Assembly (NCBI GenBank): GCA_028867755.1
Contig: JAGWFT010000001.1
Coordinates: forward strand, 292,727 to 356,726
Length of the DNA: 64,000 nt
From: Nitrososphaerota archaeon
GTDB lineage: Archaea; Thermoproteota; Nitrososphaeria; Nitrososphaerales; Nitrosopumilaceae
Direction: 5' to 3'
In this document: positions 9,366 to 19,312 of the stretch, piece by piece
How positions within the stretch are numbered: position 1 is the first letter of the stretch
Layout: every line of letters starts with the position of its first letter
The notes under the pieces: model-generated
Database searches by the model: none
What the model saw: the letters and a program-made list of their open reading frames with translations, nothing else
Told to the model about the DNA's origin: nothing
Program-made: the position numbers and the translations under genes

Positions 9366-9764
9366 ATGGTAAAATTTACTCCAAAAGAGATCAAGTTTCT
9401 AAAAGCAAATGAAGGATGCAGGGTTGCAACAAGCTTAGATGACAATCCGCACATAGCTCCTGTGACATATTACTTTGAGGATGGATACTTTTATTTTGCA
9501 ACCGATTATGACACAAAAAAGTATGCGAATCTAAAAAAGAACAACAAAATTGCAATATCTGTTGACATTTACAATCCTGGAAAACACAAGGGAGTGGTGG
9601 TACAGGGCTTGACGACCTTCATTGAGAAGGGAAGTGAGTTCAAGCGACTGTATGACATATTTTACAAAAATTATGCATGGGTGAGAGCCATACCATGGAA
9701 AGAAGAGGAAGCTCCTTTTGTGAAAATTGTTCCTAAAAAGAAAGCAAGCTGGGGTATAGGCTAG
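9366..9764 (+). CDS. Pyridoxamine 5'-phosphate oxidase-like (flavin-binding split-barrel) protein
   Basis: CRVATS..PHIAPV..FYFAT...KKYANLKKN.KIAISVD; start placed at MVKFT rather than the track's 9207. Confidence 0.85.
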   Translation: MVKFTPKEIKFLKANEGCRVATSLDDNPHIAPVTYYFEDGYFYFATDYDTKKYANLKKNNKIAISVDIYNPGKHKGVVVQGLTTFIEKGSEFKRLYDIFYKNYAWVRAIPWKEEEAPFVKIVPKKKASWGIG

Positions 9765-10261
9765 CCAAGTGTTACGTCAAAGTCTTTAGTGATCAGGGTA
9801 AGAGTTGACTCTATTGTTACCTGACCCTTTGCCTCGTACTTGACTGAATCTCCTTTTACTATTGAATCATACACGTCAGCTATACTAGGTGAGTTGACAA
9901 GCTGGAAAGTATCATCAGGAACTGTCATGTTGCTATTTGGGAACAATTCAGGCCTTCCAGCCATTGGGATGTCCTCTACACTATAATGGCCTTGACCAAT
10001 ATCTTTCCCGTTTGCATACAATTCATAATTAATTGTTGAAATGGTAGAAGTGATTGTTGTTGGATTGTATAGAATATAGTCGATCTCAAGATTTGCACGG
10101 TTGTTGATCTTGTCTACACTGAGTAATTTGATAGTTTGAATATTTACAGTTACTTGGTTTAGTTGAGGTTGATATGAATTTGCATATAGATAGAAGAAAA
10201 GCATAAGGCCACCTAAACCAACAAAAGCTGCAATTAACACTGCCTTTCCCTTGCTAACCAA
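9761..10261 (-). CDS. LEA_2 (late embryogenesis abundant-like) membrane-anchored protein
   Basis: N-terminal TM helix; LYNP..ITSTISTINYELYANGKDIGQG pattern. Confidence 0.7.
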   Translation of the reverse strand: MVSKGKAVLIAAFVGLGGLMLFFYLYANSYQPQLNQVTVNIQTIKLLSVDKINNRANLEIDYILYNPTTITSTISTINYELYANGKDIGQGHYSVEDIPMAGRPELFPNSNMTVPDDTFQLVNSPSIADVYDSIVKGDSVKYEAKGQVTIESTLTLITKDFDVTLG

Positions 10262-10362
10262 ATCTAAAAGCTAGCGGTCTGACTGAATTAAAAACCTTCT
10301 CAGATGAACTTGCATTAATTGTAAGAATAGAGATATTATTGCGTTAACTATGATATAGAAAC

Positions 10363-10857
10363 ATGGCAATTTCTGATGCGCTAATTATGTGGGCGCATCT
10401 TGTTGCTGCATCAATATGGGTTGGAGGTTCCATATTCATAGGAATAGTTCTAGCTCCACTTCTCAAGACAATGTCAGACACTGCGGAGGGAAGACTCTCA
10501 ATTATGATTCGTGTGGGAAGAAAATTCAACAAACTTGCCGTTCCTTCTTTAATCATACTCATTGTAACTGGAATCTACAACTCTAGCAACTTATTGAGCA
10601 AGCCATCATTGATACTTTCGACAACCTATGGGCAGATTCTTGTGATAAAAGTCATTCTTGTCATAATCTTGCTGATAACATTTGCAGTACACGTAAGATT
10701 GATTCGAACTGAAATAGAAAAGAAGATTGAATCAAGGCAATTTTCTGAGGAACTTGTACAAAAACTCCGCTCAAAAATCATTATTTTAGGAAGGATAACT
10801 GTAGTAGTATCTGTAGCCATACTTCTTATGGCTGCGCTACTGCATTCCGGGGTCTGA
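10363..10857 (+). CDS. CopD/DUF4149-like membrane protein
   Basis: HLVAASIWVGG, LIVTGIYN, YGQILVIKVIL motifs; four TM helices. Confidence 0.75.
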   Translation: MAISDALIMWAHLVAASIWVGGSIFIGIVLAPLLKTMSDTAEGRLSIMIRVGRKFNKLAVPSLIILIVTGIYNSSNLLSKPSLILSTTYGQILVIKVILVIILLITFAVHVRLIRTEIEKKIESRQFSEELVQKLRSKIIILGRITVVVSVAILLMAALLHSGV

Positions 10858-11868
10858 GCTTCCAACTATTCGCACTTCAAACCCATTATCGAGCTTTCCT
10901 ATTCCATACTTGCAATTGGTTATCTTTGATGCAACAAAGAGATTTGTCTCTAAATGTTTTGTAATCTGGTTTACTCGAAAGATCGAAGTCTCGGGAATCA
11001 ATGAGAGTGGAACCACAAGCATGTCTGAGAGAGAAGGATCTGTTCCCATGTTTGATTCAATGAACTTTCTTGCTACTGCTTTTCCCATTCCTGACATGCT
11101 TTTGTAATAAATCATGTCAGAGCCAATTACTGAAGAATCATCATGTGAAAATACCATAATTGAGCATCCGATGTCCAGGGCATCATCCTCTTTGACATGA
11201 TGCTCAACCTCGAAGCCGCCATCTTCAAGAATTTTCTTGGCATCACTGACTTCTTGTAGTACAGTTTCCTCTTGTATGTCATGATAAGAACAGACCATCT
11301 TTGCAGATTTTGTTGTGCGTTCAAGAAATGATATGGCTTTTGCATTTTTGCAAGGAAGAATTTTTGTCTCTATTAATCCGCCGCCCTTTGGATAATACCC
11401 ACGTTTTTTGATGTCAAGCGAAAAATCAATGCCAATTCTAGAAAATGCTTCACCTAGCACAAATTTTGTATAATCTGCAGTTGGGCTCCATGGGACATCT
11501 GTTCCACCTGTAATGGCAATTTCTAGCCTCTTTTTGAGAAGTGAAGCGGCAGGGATCAAGACTTGTAAAATTAAAGGAATGCTTCCAGCAGTACCGACAT
11601 CCTCTCTAAGCTGCATGTCTACTCCCTGCGATGGGTAGAACTTTAGGCTGGTAGAACCAACATGTAATCCATCGACTTTTGCCTGGCAAATCTTTGAAAG
11701 AATTTTTACTCCTAGCATATGCTGTGGCCTCAGGCCAGGAATCTTTCGATTACTGCGAATGTTTTCTATCTCTACAGGCCTTCCAGTTATTGCAGACAGT
11801 GTTACTGCACTCCGAATTATCTGTCCACCGCCCTCTCCAAAAGAACCGTCTATTTTTATTGATTCCAC
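10837..11868 (-). CDS. rtcA: RNA 3'-terminal phosphate cyclase
   Basis: IDGSFGEGGGQIIRS, PGLRPQH, GTAGSI, GGTDV.WSP, RGYYPKGGG. Confidence 0.93.
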   Translation of the reverse strand: MESIKIDGSFGEGGGQIIRSAVTLSAITGRPVEIENIRSNRKIPGLRPQHMLGVKILSKICQAKVDGLHVGSTSLKFYPSQGVDMQLREDVGTAGSIPLILQVLIPAASLLKKRLEIAITGGTDVPWSPTADYTKFVLGEAFSRIGIDFSLDIKKRGYYPKGGGLIETKILPCKNAKAISFLERTTKSAKMVCSYHDIQEETVLQEVSDAKKILEDGGFEVEHHVKEDDALDIGCSIMVFSHDDSSVIGSDMIYYKSMSGMGKAVARKFIESNMGTDPSLSDMLVVPLSLIPETSIFRVNQITKHLETNLFVASKITNCKYGIGKLDNGFEVRIVGSSDPGMQ

Positions 11869-11905
11869 CAGTTGGTGTAATCTATGAATTTAATTAAATG
11901 ATGGT

Positions 11906-12091
11906 TTAGACGTTTGCAGTGTCTTCCCTTATGGCTGACCTGACCCTCAATAGCAGATCATCTGGCATCTCAAAGTAACCATGGGCTTTTGCATGGTTTT
12001 CTACCATTACCATAAGCTCTCCTTCTGTTTTTGCTGCAGCACGCCATTCGCAATCGACTCCTACATCTGAACATCGAATGCTTTTTGTCAT
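11906..12091 (-). CDS. DUF1059 small metal-binding protein
   Basis: C.DVG.DC.W...A.TE.EL......HAK.HG pattern. Confidence 0.8.
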   Translation of the reverse strand: MTKSIRCSDVGVDCEWRAAAKTEGELMVMVENHAKAHGYFEMPDDLLLRVRSAIREDTANV

Positions 12092-12321
12092 TGAAATAAT
12101 TTAGTTCACAGTACGATTTGTCCTTATGGTACATAGTTCACATAAAAATAGATTAGATATGAAAAAAATCACAAGATATGTTTGTACCTGTCATCTATAG
12201 GTGCCATAATTTTATCTAGACAAATTATAGGACAACCGTAAAAACCATTGGAAATTTTTACATCGATAACGAGTATAAGAAAATCACGCAAGAACTATCA
12301 CAAGTTGATCATACTCATAAA

Positions 12322-12576
12322 ATGGAAACAGCTCATCTCATGATAAAATGTACGTCTGGGGAAGAAAATCATGTTATTGAACAATTAAAAAATATTGAAG
12401 GTGTCAAAATTGTACAGAAGACAATTGGAGAGTTCGATATTTTAGTAAAAGTAGAGTCTGATAATTCTGATTCATTGCGAAGATTGATCACGTGGAAAAT
12501 TATGAAAAATGACAAAATCAAGTCTGTTACCACTTTGATGTGCACAAGAAAATCACTCTGTGTGGTTGTAGAGTAG
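12322..12576 (+). CDS. Stand-alone Lrp/AsnC ligand-binding domain protein
   Basis: IEGV......GEFDILVKVE...I..VTTL. Confidence 0.85.
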   Translation: METAHLMIKCTSGEENHVIEQLKNIEGVKIVQKTIGEFDILVKVESDNSDSLRRLITWKIMKNDKIKSVTTLMCTRKSLCVVVE

Positions 12577-12743
12577 TATGAAAAAAGAACAAAAAACCAC
12601 TGGTACAAGAAAACTCCATGACAGACCACGCTTTCTTGGTTTACCGACAGCCAAGTGGGAATCTAGTGATCTTTACATAAAATTCGTTAATTATGCAGTG
12701 TCATAATAACAAACGTAAAAGCCAATTTTGAGAAATATGTCTA

Positions 12744-13133
12744 TTATTTTCTATGTTCTGAGGAGCCAAATTTGATTATGATTTGTGCAATTTTTGTAGC
12801 CAGAGATATGGGACTGATGTTTTTCATTGTTGTAACAACAACACAATTTTCATTGAGAGGAAAGCTGAACATGGCAAAATTACCCTCTGAAAAATGATAT
12901 TGGATAGGACCATAAAGATCATCCAACCTTTCTCCCAACGATATATCAAAAAGACATTTACCTAAACTTCTCCTGCTTTCTTCTTTGTTTGAATTTATCG
13001 TCTTGTCAGAACCAAGTCTTTCAAGTATTAGGCCAGATTTGCTGATTATTTCTACCGACTGGATGCTATTGCTTGAATTGATTATTGATCTGCATAATTT
13101 ACCAAGATTGAGTGTTTTTGTAGCAGAATACAC
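12744..13133 (-). CDS. Thaumarchaeal roadblock/longin-like protein (DUF6659-like)
   Basis: LCRSI..IQSVEII...G..DDLYGPIQY..FSFP; resembles the ORFs at 14991 and 18086. Confidence 0.55.
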   Translation of the reverse strand: MYSATKTLNLGKLCRSIINSSNSIQSVEIISKSGLILERLGSDKTINSNKEESRRSLGKCLFDISLGERLDDLYGPIQYHFSEGNFAMFSFPLNENCVVVTTMKNISPISLATKIAQIIIKFGSSEHRK

Positions 13134-13208
13134 GTGTTTTCTATCATTCTACTCTTTAAAAAAACTGATCATGATGACATAGGATAACGTCCTCTATCTT
13201 CCTGAATG

Positions 13209-13589
13209 CTAGCGTGACTTGGACCATTTTTTCATCCATTGCAAAAGATCTATCATAGATTTTACAAGTTCTTGTCCCTTACTAGTTAGCTTGTATTCGA
13301 CTCTTGGTGGAATTTCATTATACGATAACCTTTCCAATACTCCACTCTTCTCTAGCTCCTTTAATCTGGTAGCAAGTGTCTTGCTACTTATTCCCTTCAA
13401 AGTATCTCTGAATTGTTTATACCTCACAGGTTTTGTGGTACAACATAAAGGAATTAGAATCTCAAGGGTACCTCTTTTAGTAATTATTTTTCTTAGTCTT
13501 GATGTCTCTGACATCAAAGATGAGGCATTGTATCCCTCAAAACTGCAACCATCTTGAATCATTGGAATTGTTTTCTTTTTAGTTTCCAT
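13209..13589 (-). CDS. HxlR-family winged-helix regulator
   Basis: GISSKTLATRLKELE.SG..R..Y.EIPPRVEYKLT.KG. Confidence 0.9.
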   Translation of the reverse strand: METKKKTIPMIQDGCSFEGYNASSLMSETSRLRKIITKRGTLEILIPLCCTTKPVRYKQFRDTLKGISSKTLATRLKELEKSGVLERLSYNEIPPRVEYKLTSKGQELVKSMIDLLQWMKKWSKSR

Positions 13590-13662
13590 CTTTACACCAA
13601 CTGTAATTATTTCTCCTTAACAACTTAAATGGTTTACTATCTAAACTATTATCAGAATTAAA

Positions 13663-14079
13663 ATGGGGTTGTTTGGAAAGCCAAAAAAGAAAATACTATT
13701 TGCATGCATAGAAAATGCAGGACGAAGCCAAATGGCTGAAGGGTTCTTTAGAAAATATGCTCCAAAAGGATGGGATGTAATAAGTGGTGGGACAGAACCC
13801 AAGTCGTACGTAAATCCACTAGCAATAGAGGTAATGAAAGAAGTTGGAATTGACATTAGTAATCAAAAGGCAAAGATGCTTTCTGAAGATCAAATTCGTA
13901 CTGCAAATCTAAAAGTGAATATGGGTTGTATGGATACAACCAAATGTCCTTCTCTTGTTCTAGGAAATTATGTAGACTGGGGAATTGAAGACCCTAAAGA
14001 CAAGCCAATAGAGAAAGTTCGTGAGATAAGGGATCAGATAGACACAAGAGTAATGAGACTTTGCAAAACTCTAGAATAA
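13663..14079 (+). CDS. arsC: Thioredoxin-type arsenate reductase (LMW-PTP fold)
   Basis: CIENAGRS P-loop, MGC.....CP resolving cysteines, WGIEDP. Confidence 0.88.
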   Translation: MGLFGKPKKKILFACIENAGRSQMAEGFFRKYAPKGWDVISGGTEPKSYVNPLAIEVMKEVGIDISNQKAKMLSEDQIRTANLKVNMGCMDTTKCPSLVLGNYVDWGIEDPKDKPIEKVREIRDQIDTRVMRLCKTLE

Positions 14080-14744
14080 CTGACAAGTTAACCTCTAATC
14101 AAAAGAGGTTTTTTGCTGAATTAATTGGTACTTTCATGGTAGTTGTATTTGCAACTGGATCAGTAGTCCTTGATGTAAAATATGTAGGAACATTTGGATT
14201 ATGGTTTGTAGCTTTAGCACCTGCTGTTGCAGTAGCTCTTATGGTTTATGCATTTGGAAAAATATCGATGGCACACTTTAATCCTGCTGTAACAGTTGGA
14301 TTTTTGATTACAAAACATATGCCAAAAAATCTGCTGCTGACATATTTAGCTGCAGAAATAATTGGTGCCCTGCTAGGAAGTGTCTTTGTAAAATATGTGA
14401 TAGGAACAGAAGCAAATCTTGGGGCAAATGCACCAGACTATCATTTTCCAATTCTGCTTATAGTTGGTGTTGAAGTTCTGGCTACTGCATTATTGATGGC
14501 AGTGATTTTGGTAGTTGTCCATACAAAGGAATTGAAGGGCTTTAGTGGGATTGCAATAGGTGGTATAATAGGACTAGACATCTTCTTTTTGGCGTTTATT
14601 TCAGGTGCCTCGATGAACCCGGCAAGATCTCTTGCACCAGCTCTGCTATCTGGATATCTCAATGACTTGTGGCTATATCTGACTGCAACTTTTGTAGGCT
14701 CTGGTATAGCAGCATGTATATACAGAATAAAATTTGCAAGATAG
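14061..14744 (+). CDS. MIP aquaporin/aquaglyceroporin (probable arsenite channel by context)
   Basis: HFNPAVT and SMNPARS NPA motifs, AELIGTF; overlaps the arsC end. Confidence 0.9.
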   Translation: MQNSRITDKLTSNQKRFFAELIGTFMVVVFATGSVVLDVKYVGTFGLWFVALAPAVAVALMVYAFGKISMAHFNPAVTVGFLITKHMPKNLLLTYLAAEIIGALLGSVFVKYVIGTEANLGANAPDYHFPILLIVGVEVLATALLMAVILVVVHTKELKGFSGIAIGGIIGLDIFFLAFISGASMNPARSLAPALLSGYLNDLWLYLTATFVGSGIAACIYRIKFAR

Positions 14745-14809
14745 AAAACCGAAAATCATGCTCTATAATCATATCCAGACGACCTAAATCTTGTTAATAA
14801 TGGGGAGTA

Positions 14810-14852
14810 GGTCTACCTTAATCATAAAATGGATAAGTGACCACGGTAGACC
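14810..14852. repeat. GGTCTACC-N27-GGTAGACC inverted repeat
   Basis: Same 8-bp arms as the element at 17419-17479. Confidence 0.5.
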
Positions 14853-14990
14853 ATTACAATTACTACAACAGTGAAATTATCTAAGGATATGCTATAGTTT
14901 TTTGTATACTTCATAGATCTATGTAACTGCTATAAATGAACCACATTCTATACGGTCAATCCTTTTCATAGCCAAAATCAATTCTATGGT

Positions 14991-15401
14991 ATGACAACAG
15001 AGACTCTTGAACGTAACCAATCATTAGATATCCTGTGCAAACAAGTTTCAAGCATCGACAATCATATCGAGCTTGTAGCCATTTTAAATCGTAAAGGTCG
15101 AGTTGTGGAAATGATTGCTAAAGACGATGGAGTAAATAGAGATCTGCCAGCTCAAAAGAGAGAAATGTTGTTTATGGAATTTGTACTCCAAGCTTCCATG
15201 AATACAGAATATGATAACGAATTTGGTAAAGTCAAGGGTTTGATTCTGCAAAGAGAAAAGATCTCTGCATTCTCATTTCAGATATATGATCATGTTTTGG
15301 TAGTTATAACCAGACCAATGTTTGAACCAATAGTTGTACAGCAAAGAATTACTGAAATAATTTTCAATCACGCCAAATTAGAGTTAACAGTAAACTACTA
15401 G
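14991..15401 (+). CDS. Thaumarchaeal roadblock/longin-like protein (DUF6659-like)
   Basis: IELVAILNRKG..EYDNEFGKV...REKI..FSF. Confidence 0.6.
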   Translation: MTTETLERNQSLDILCKQVSSIDNHIELVAILNRKGRVVEMIAKDDGVNRDLPAQKREMLFMEFVLQASMNTEYDNEFGKVKGLILQREKISAFSFQIYDHVLVVITRPMFEPIVVQQRITEIIFNHAKLELTVNY

Positions 15402-15528
15402 AAATCAAAATAATCCTTGAAAACATAAACTAGGTCTAGGACTCGAGAAGAACCAGTGAATAAGTATTCGTCAATTTTGTAACCTATTACAGAATCAAAT
15501 TTAAAAATAAAGAGAGAGGGGGAAGTTA

Positions 15529-17076
15529 TTATGTTGATGGACAGAGGCCACCAGATGGTGGAACTACTTGTCCAGTTGTAGGGCTTATGCACACTTTTGG
15601 AGTGCTACCATGGTTGTCAAAGTCAAACATGCTATCTAGCGAACCAGCCTTGTCATCAAATGATTTCTGGCCTAATGTATCAGGAATACTGCCTGTGTGC
15701 CAGTTGTCCTCAATGAATTTGAGTACTGATGACTGGTCTGATACATCATGGGAGATGAAGTTTGATTTTGCATATGGTGATACTACTAGCAATGGCTGTC
15801 TTGGACCGTAACCACATCTGTCATCTGCACCACCTAGGCCTGCTTTCTTGTCACCACATGTTGGGGCAAAGTCATTGAGTGGGTCATTAGAGTGGTTTAC
15901 TAAAGGAGGCACAGCATGATCATACCACCCATCCGAGTCATCATATAAGATGAATTCGGCGGTGCTTGACCAATCTGGGCTATTCTCCAATGTATTTGTG
16001 ACATTAGCTAGGAATACTTGCTCGTCAAGTGGATCAGAATTTCCTGGATGACCATCTTGAGCTCTAGGTGCTTTTAGGAAAGTCACGGCTGGCAAGTTGC
16101 CATTATTTACTGCCGCATAAAAGAGACTAAGGTCATACTGGTGATTTGCCTGACCATTGTGTCCTATCTCAGCAAGAGATGCAGGGGGTAAATGATGGAT
16201 GTTTGCAGTTGAATTATAGTATTCAAATGGCTCGTGATGTGCACTATATGCTCCAACTGCTGCATTGTCGGTTGCAGTTCTGTGGGTTGTTGCACCGCAA
16301 ACAGCCTTTCCACCGCTAGTTGCTGTTGGTGTAAATCCACCTTGGAACCAACCCCATGTGATACCTTTGTCATTGAGAAGGTCTCCAATGTTCTTTCCGC
16401 TCATAGCTATTGTAGTACCGGCTGAACAGTCATCATATATTGGATCTGCATCAGAAATAGCAGAACCGCCACCAACTGCACCTTCAGTAGCACCAAACGT
16501 CTGACCAGAAATCAAGTTAATCGCTCCTGGTGTTGACGGGCCCCACATTGTGGAAAATGAGTTGTCACTCATTGCAAAGTTTTGAGCAATATTCCATAGT
16601 CCAGTAACAACGCTTCCATCATAATATGCCATTACAGTACTTCCATCTGGTTTACAATTTGTTCCGGTCTTACCTGTGAATTGAACAAACTTGTCGGCCA
16701 GTCCTCCATCATATGCTTTCTGTTCATCAAGGTAACCGTGATCAAAATCACAGGTTATTGCTTGAGATGCACTCAGAAGGAATGGATTAGCCAGGTTTGG
16801 ATTGGCTGTAAGCAGGTTAGGATGTGAGATGTAGTTGTTAGATGATGGGGTATTTGGCTTTGCAGTAAATCCTGCAGCGTTAGGATATGTACCAAAGTAG
16901 TGATCATAAGAAATATTTTCTTGGAATATTACGACCACGTGTTTGATTGGTGTTTTGCTGTCTGTATCTAGATCTGGTCCGAGCGCCCAACTTGAGCTGC
17001 TCATGACAAGAGATGTTATAAGAAGTCCTACGAGAGTTGTTGTTAGAATTTTCGTCATTGAGGCACAAAACAACAC
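15529..17076 (-). CDS. Secreted phosphoesterase (phospholipase C / AcpA acid-phosphatase family)
   Basis: Signal peptide; IKHVVVIFQENISYDHYFG, FAMSDN, STPGAINL, YDDSDGWYDH, GPRQPLLVVSPYAK. Confidence 0.9.
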   Translation of the reverse strand: MLFCASMTKILTTTLVGLLITSLVMSSSSWALGPDLDTDSKTPIKHVVVIFQENISYDHYFGTYPNAAGFTAKPNTPSSNNYISHPNLLTANPNLANPFLLSASQAITCDFDHGYLDEQKAYDGGLADKFVQFTGKTGTNCKPDGSTVMAYYDGSVVTGLWNIAQNFAMSDNSFSTMWGPSTPGAINLISGQTFGATEGAVGGGSAISDADPIYDDCSAGTTIAMSGKNIGDLLNDKGITWGWFQGGFTPTATSGGKAVCGATTHRTATDNAAVGAYSAHHEPFEYYNSTANIHHLPPASLAEIGHNGQANHQYDLSLFYAAVNNGNLPAVTFLKAPRAQDGHPGNSDPLDEQVFLANVTNTLENSPDWSSTAEFILYDDSDGWYDHAVPPLVNHSNDPLNDFAPTCGDKKAGLGGADDRCGYGPRQPLLVVSPYAKSNFISHDVSDQSSVLKFIEDNWHTGSIPDTLGQKSFDDKAGSLDSMFDFDNHGSTPKVCISPTTGQVVPPSGGLCPST

Positions 17077-17418
17077 ACATCAATTTGATCATGTTGTAAT
17101 TAGATTGCGTTGGACTACTTGTCAAATATTGTCACAATAAAAATTTCTATTTTCTATGTATCTTATTCGATCAAACTATCATAATATGTTTCAAACAAGA
17201 TCAATATAGAAAACCTTTAGATGGAAAAAAAGTGTGTGATTACACAGGTCTACTGTGATCACATTATCCATTCTTATGATCCAGTAGGCAGCTCCCCGCA
17301 TAATTTTATGGATCATTTTTAGTTGACTAGGTTGAAAAAAAATTTCATTTTGTTAGATCTTACGCGATCATGTAGATCTTTATAATAATTTTACAAATAA
17401 AATTCTGTATTGATGTTG

Positions 17419-17479
17419 GCGGTCTACCCAAAGTGACTTTGGCCTGGAGAACCTGCGCTAATACAAAACGGTAGACCGC
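17419..17479. ncRNA. Candidate structured small RNA or DNA hairpin element
   Basis: GCGGTCTACC/GGTAGACCGC outer stem, CCAAAG-tga-CTTTGG inner hairpin, T-run after it on the + strand; GC-rich island in an AT-rich intergenic region. Confidence 0.35.
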
Positions 17480-17708
17480 ATTTTTGTAATGATTTTTTTC
17501 TATCTAAAGGTTTTCTATGATTTCTTGATTGCTTACCATTAGCATTGGTATTTTATGAAATCAATATAGATATGAGATAAATGCCTGCACTACTATCTTT
17601 ACAATAAAAAACTCTAAAAGGTTTTCAAAAAATAAAACAAAAACAATTAGCAATATAGGTATATCCCATGTTAGACACAGAAAATCTCGATCACGTTTTT
17701 ATTTACGA

Positions 17709-18095
17709 ATGTGGCATCTTTATCAGGTTAAAAATTTGGCCGCAACTATAACAAAGATAGTTCGATATAAGGTGAAGAAGAAAAAACTATCAAAGCTAAA
17801 AACTGCTCTTGTAGCGTTTGTTGAGGATATAAAAAGGCACGAGTCTGGCATAGTCCTTTACGAGGTATTCCAAGAAAAGGATGATTCTACCACATTAGTA
17901 CACGTGATGACATTCAAAGATAAGAAGGCCGAGACTGCTCATGTAAAGAGTACACATGTCAAAAAATGGATCAAAACATTACACTCTATTTGCAAAGAAA
18001 ATCCCGAAGTTACAGATCTTAAACTAGTTAGATCGATCAAGGACTTGAAAGAACCATCCTCAGATACTAGTACTGTTCAAGAGCCTCAACAATAA
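17709..18095 (+). CDS. ABM-family (antibiotic biosynthesis monooxygenase-like) protein
   Basis: ESGIVLYEVFQE.DD..TLVHV..F.D..A..AH.KS.HV. Confidence 0.75.
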   Translation: MWHLYQVKNLAATITKIVRYKVKKKKLSKLKTALVAFVEDIKRHESGIVLYEVFQEKDDSTTLVHVMTFKDKKAETAHVKSTHVKKWIKTLHSICKENPEVTDLKLVRSIKDLKEPSSDTSTVQEPQQ

Positions 18096-18490
18096 GTGTG
18101 GGTTATTTTGATGATTTTTTGAGCAGTCTCATCTATGTCTACATCTGGTTCCGCGGTTACAAGTAATACTCTTCTGCCAAGCGGAAAACTCATCATAACA
18201 GCTTTTTCTCTTCTAGAGGCAGAATACATCACATGTCCCAAGCTATAATCAAAGTCTTTTCTCAAGGATACACGTAGCACAACATCAGAGTACATCTTTT
18301 TTTGTTCAGCTTCATCTTCGATTGGTACTATTCCATGCTTAAAACCGCCTGTCACTAGATTTCCCATATGATCAATTAGCCCTGCAAATCTTATCTCCGG
18401 CTCTCTAAGCAATCTAACACATTTTAGATCATAAGAAAATAATTCTTGATTGCGTTCCATTATATTTACAGATAATGGCCCTTTGTTCAT
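18086..18490 (-). CDS. Thaumarchaeal DUF6659-family protein
   Basis: EPEIRFAGLID.MGNL..GG, DFDYSLG.V.YSASRREK..MMSFP. Confidence 0.7.
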   Translation of the reverse strand: MNKGPLSVNIMERNQELFSYDLKCVRLLREPEIRFAGLIDHMGNLVTGGFKHGIVPIEDEAEQKKMYSDVVLRVSLRKDFDYSLGHVMYSASRREKAVMMSFPLGRRVLLVTAEPDVDIDETAQKIIKITHTYC

Positions 18491-18586
18491 AAGTCTTGAA
18501 TCTATATTTTATGAATCCTATGTAGATTATGTATATGAAAACTAATAGTCCAGTAGAACAGATGGCCTGAGGATATTCTATGTGTA

Positions 18587-19312
18587 TTAATAATGCATTA
18601 CACGATCAAGGAATTGATCTATTCTATGTTGCAAATCCTTGTTAATTTCTGCAACAGCCCTGTTTCCATTGATAGGTATGAGACCGTATATCTTTTGCAT
18701 CAAGTGAAATTCTCGAGAAATCTTATTTTGATAAATGAGAAAAGACTCATACATATCATTTGAAAGCCCTATGTCGGCACCAGACTCGTAATGATCTAAA
18801 GACAAATTCTTTTGAAATACTCTATGTATCAGGACTTGGGGTTCAACATCTAGATAAAATACTAGATCAGGCTTTATGGCAAAACCATAGAGACTGTGAC
18901 ACCAATTCTTATCGAGGCCTCGTACCACGTTTCTTGCTATGAGAGTGTAGATGTATCTATCAGCAAGTACTATGTATCCAGCCTGCAATGCAGGTATGAT
19001 CTTGTATTCAAATTGGTCTGCAAAATCTGCAGCGTAGAATAAGGCTAGTGTTTTTCTACCTAGATCATAATGTTGTTTTGCCTCTAAAATTCCCTTGCTT
19101 ACAAGCTCTGATCTTTTGAGACCTGTATTCAAAACAGCATGACCATCAGCTTCTAGTTTTGCCGTAATTTTCTCAATCTGGGTACTTCGGCCAGATGCAT
19201 CAGGTCCCTCGATGACAATTAGCCTACCTTTGATTTCTACATCTTGAAGATGTTTTATACCATGTCCGTAAAACTCGACAGTTCTGTTGTCTAATTCTTT
19301 CTTGTGTTTCAT
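18587..19312 (-). CDS. Thymidylate-kinase-like protein with variant P-loop (probable non-catalytic partner of a heteromeric polyphosphate kinase)
   Basis: EGPDASGRST (Walker A Lys replaced by Arg), LADRYIYT, KPDLVFYLDV; ATGA overlap with its paralogue. Confidence 0.75.
   Translation of the reverse strand: MKHKKELDNRTVEFYGHGIKHLQDVEIKGRLIVIEGPDASGRSTQIEKITAKLEADGHAVLNTGLKRSELVSKGILEAKQHYDLGRKTLALFYAADFADQFEYKIIPALQAGYIVLADRYIYTLIARNVVRGLDKNWCHSLYGFAIKPDLVFYLDVEPQVLIHRVFQKNLSLDHYESGADIGLSNDMYESFLIYQNKISREFHLMQKIYGLIPINGNRAVAEINKDLQHRIDQFLDRVMHY

Noticed and set aside
17419-17479. TPP riboswitch, H/ACA or C/D RNA call
   Set aside because: Only fragments resemble these (GAACCTG, TAAT, a minus-strand ACA); the CUGAGA core, K-turn and C/D boxes are missing.
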